A stretch of 64,000 nt of DNA from Lepidodermella squamata (lineage: Eukaryota; Animalia; Gastrotricha). Position numbers and translations under genes: made by a program. Within the stretch, counting starts at the first letter, position 1; the number at the start of each line of letters is the position of its first letter. The notes under the pieces were generated by a model. It searched no databases. It saw only the letters and a list, made by a program, of their open reading frames with translations, and was not told where the DNA came from. The DNA is taken from NCBI GenBank assembly GCA_047495785.1, contig JBLDXI010000019.1, positions 2,728,001-2,792,000 of the forward strand. Reading direction: 5' to 3'. This document shows, in pieces, positions 60,846 through 64,000 of the stretch.

Positions 60846-61887
60846 TTCGCAGTTTGAAAAGTAAACGAGATTTGTGCGATTTAAAAAAAATTGAAAGTGA
60901 CAGTGAAAATGCATGGAACTTTTCACCCCCGTGCAGCTTTAGGTTGAAGCTTTTTGACACCTCCAGGTGATGTCTTGTGCGAACATAACCTTATCACGCA
61001 CATGGTTCATTTAGTCTTTCGACTCAAACGGACAAGCATTATATTTATTAGACATGAATTGATGGCATCATTTCCGATTACTCAGCAACACCTCTCAAAA
61101 CATTAGCTATGCCCCAGCTGCATCCCGTAGAACGAAGAATTGACTAATAGTCAAAGTATATTCCTTTATACATCATACCTTTCCCTTCCTGAAGTGTTTG
61201 TGATTAGGATGTTTTGATTAAACAATAGAACCTGGAGCATCGACATCCGATGTTCAGTCCAAATATAGTGAAATGTACTGACATCTACACCTGACACCGA
61301 AAGCACTTACCTTATCAGGTATCTTACCATTGCTTCAATAGTAGGCCATTCACTAATAATCACCCATAGTATCACTTGGTTCAAGTCGGCTTGAAACATC
61401 AACAAATCGAAACACTGACATTTCTTTTCCGGCTCTTACACAACTATTTAAAGGGTGTCGATTTTATAGTGGCAATAATCTTAGCCTTTATATGGAGTAA
61501 GCATCGTCGTCGGCGCGTTTTGCAGTTGCCAACTTCTTCAACAACCATCCTCTGTAAATATGAAAGCAAAAACTATTAAATAATTTTAATCTTGATGCAA
61601 ATAAAACAAATAGTAAATTTGGCCGCGTCTACTAATACCTTCACTTCAATTGTTTCAGAGGGTTCATTCATTCCATCATTTTCGTTTCCGGCCATCGGAG
61701 TCCTTCGAAGATGGATTGTTGATGGATATACGTGAGCGGCATGCGGCATTCGTAGCTCAGCCTGCAGCGGGAGCTCAGGGCTCAGGGCTTGCTGGAGCAC
61801 TGAACACTCGAGTTATGTTTATAGTTCATACTTTATTTTAGGAATGATGGTTACAAGGTACAAGGGGAAAAATAAATGAAAGTGGCT

Positions 61888-62004
61888 ATTTGCACCCTAC
61901 TCGGGTACTACAAAGTTGCTATGTGTACTCAGCGAGTACAATAACTTGCTGTGTGCACCCAGTTGAAGGTACAACTAAGTTGCAGCGTGTACCCGGTGGG
62001 TACC
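61888..62004. repeat. Degenerate ~30-bp tandem repeat with internal palindromes
   Basis: Three to four units like ttgc..tgtgtacyc...grgtaca. Confidence 0.45.
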
Positions 62005-62571
62005 GATTCTCGAGTTGATCTGAGCCCGCTGAGGAGCAAGAACGAGTGCAAGATGCGGCTGGCTCAAGTTTCTAAGCAATCGACATTGATTCTCCGATGG
62101 ATGGTGGATTTTCCGCTGGATACAACCTGATCCAACGGCAAAAATGGCTTGCCACGTGTCTTTGCGACAAATCCGTCAACTTTGTTAATTTTCTCGTAAT
62201 TACGGAATAATAGAATTTAGGGGGTCGTGGGGGTTCGAGGTTAACTGCTTACCTGATTGAAATCTGTGCAAAGTCTGTCTCAAATCTCAAGGGGGGCCAG
62301 AGGCCAGACCATGCCATGAAATACTTGGCCTTCGATCTTCGCCTTATAACTCGGTATTTACGTTCAATCTAAAAGTGATATCGTCAATTTCGTCAAAAAA
62401 TCATTTGGAATGATCATCTCTGCGCTAGCCTTCCACCCTCTCCAAGCCTCATTGCGTAGCAAACTCACCTCCCGGGTCATTCGGTTTAAACTCAAACCAG
62501 TTCCTACCAATTTACACCGGTGCCGGTATAAACCGGTTTTATTCAAGTTCAATAAAAACGGGTTATAATAG

Positions 62572-62968
62572 TATATGTCACATTAAAAGTGTACAATCGT
62601 GAAATGTCGACAATTTATAACAAAAGTCGCCATTTAAAGTGTACAATTTGGCAGATCCGTACAACGCCATGTTGACCACAAGGGGTAATCCGCATCGAGG
62701 AATCCGAATCCGAATTTGTTTTTTCCATCCGGAATAGTGATCAGAAAAAAATCGATAATCAATCGATATCGATTACGAAAATCGATTATTTTCCAATGAT
62801 AGGATAACGATATAAAACTTCTGATATCAGATTCGGATTCCTCGATGCGGATTACCCCTTGTGGTCAACATGGCGTTGTACGGATCTGCCAAATTGTACA
62901 CTTTAAATGGCGATTTTTGTTATAAATTGTCGACATTTCACGATTGTACACTTTTAATGTGACATATA
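62572..62968. repeat. Near-perfect long inverted repeat (139-bp arms, ~119-bp spacer), probable young MITE
   Basis: 62572-62710 is the reverse complement of 62830-62968 with one mismatch seen; TA-rich ends. Confidence 0.9.
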
Positions 62969-63149
62969 TATTGGATTCGAAGGAGTACTATAACGCGTTA
63001 TGTTCGACGCGAATCCACTATGTATGTTATCGTTCGGTGGGACAAAACGAGCCGGACCGGGTAGGATAGCTAGACAACAGTGGTGAATTTCTAAAATTAA
63101 TAAATCCATCCTAATATTTTCACTAACGTTTTGCAAAAATCATTACTAT

Positions 63150-63600
63150 TTATTCATTTTTCGATGCCGCGATTTAATTCACGCATCATTTTTGCGGTTG
63201 CTTTCACGGAAAATTGCTTATATGGGACGCCCCGCCTCATTGGAACCCGTGGCTTCAAAGCTGAAGAAGAAGATGAAGAAGCGGACCAAGAGCGTACGCT
63301 GTTCCAGGCAGTTGATTGTGTCTTGTTGCTGGTCTTGCTGCTGTACTACAACGCTGTCCGCGCCTAACAATCGGTTTTGTGGAAGAAGTTCAATTCCGAA
63401 CTGCGAATAGGATCAAAAGAGCGCTCTACAAGAGGGTGAAGTTGGGCGAGCATTCCATCGACGCTTTGGTGAAGAACGCAGTGTCGAAAGCCGGGATTAA
63501 GAAAATTCTCTCCGGCCACTGCGTGCGGAAATGTACCTGGTGGACTAGTTGATGCCCAATGAAGTAATACCAGAAAGGGCGATGCGTAAATGAATGCTCT
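63150..63600 (+). mobile_element. Degenerate tyrosine-recombinase (Crypton-like) fragment
   Basis: YKRVKLGEHSIDALVKNAVSKAGIKKILSGHCVRK matches the Y...LG..I..(M)VK....AG....T(N/G)HSxR core of Crypton/DUF3504 recombinases; frameshifted. Confidence 0.55.
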
Positions 63601-64000
63601 TTTCAATACCGAATCTTGAAGCTGGAAGCTTGCCCATCCTCTCTTATAGTTCGGAGATGGAGCAGCCTTTGGATGATCCCAATGCGAGCAATCAACAATA
63701 CAAGCTAGTAGCTGAGTCGAACGGAAATAGGGACGACTTCATCACCCTCTTTCAGTTCCGCCCTCCTACGGACCTTTGCCACGATGCCATACGTTTTGAC
63801 AATTTTGAAAATTTCAATAAAGTAATGATACAGCAATAAGGATTTGCATCGCTTAGAGCAAAAATGCCGGGCTTTTCCTTATATATTAAAACAAAACTAG
63901 TTAAGAAATAAGAAAAATGCGTGTTCTTTTGGCTAGTACAGTCAGGGAGCGAGTGGTCGAGTTAGGCAATTTGACAAATAAAATTTAAAAAATCCACCTT

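Noticed and set aside
61888-62004. CRISPR-like palindromic repeats
   Set aside because: Degenerate units, no unique spacers, no cas genes, eukaryotic context.
1-64000. Prokaryotic origin of the short-loop channels (GLIC/ELIC-like) or of the contig
   Set aside because: Spliceosomal introns, true Cys-loop disulfides, animal-type genes (Ly6, Hdc, tetraspanin) and eukaryotic transposons.

Overview
Eukaryotic (invertebrate animal) genomic DNA with a compact gene structure: GT-AG introns mostly 45-65 nt and intergenic gaps often under 300 bp. The species cannot be fixed from sequence alone. Positions 0.85-35.3 kb hold an array of 15 highly divergent Cys-loop (pentameric ligand-gated) ion channel genes in two subfamilies: 11 minus-strand two-exon genes (family A, C-x14-C loop, one phase-2 intron in the M2 0' Arg codon) and 4 intronless plus-strand genes (family B). 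All lack the loop-B aromatic and the loop-C vicinal Cys of neurotransmitter receptors, have only a ~15-25 aa M3-M4 loop, and carry Asp-Arg at -1'/0'. This pattern fits a lineage-specific chemosensory channel expansion. Interspersed are a 34-aa-repeat ankyrin gene and a frameshifted secreted Amidase_6/NlpC-P60-like gene. The rest of the window contains histidine decarboxylase head-to-head with a temptin-domain copper monooxygenase, a RING-TM-C-type-lectin gene, a PPxY membrane protein, a tetraspanin, a GPI-type Ly6/three-finger protein with large inserts and a GT92 glycosyltransferase. Four tail-less GABA-B-like class C GPCRs are also present (one partial at the window start, one disrupted by a frameshift plus a Tc2/pogo-type MITE), along with several MITE, LINE and Crypton remnants. 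All splice models were made by eye and need RNA-seq confirmation.
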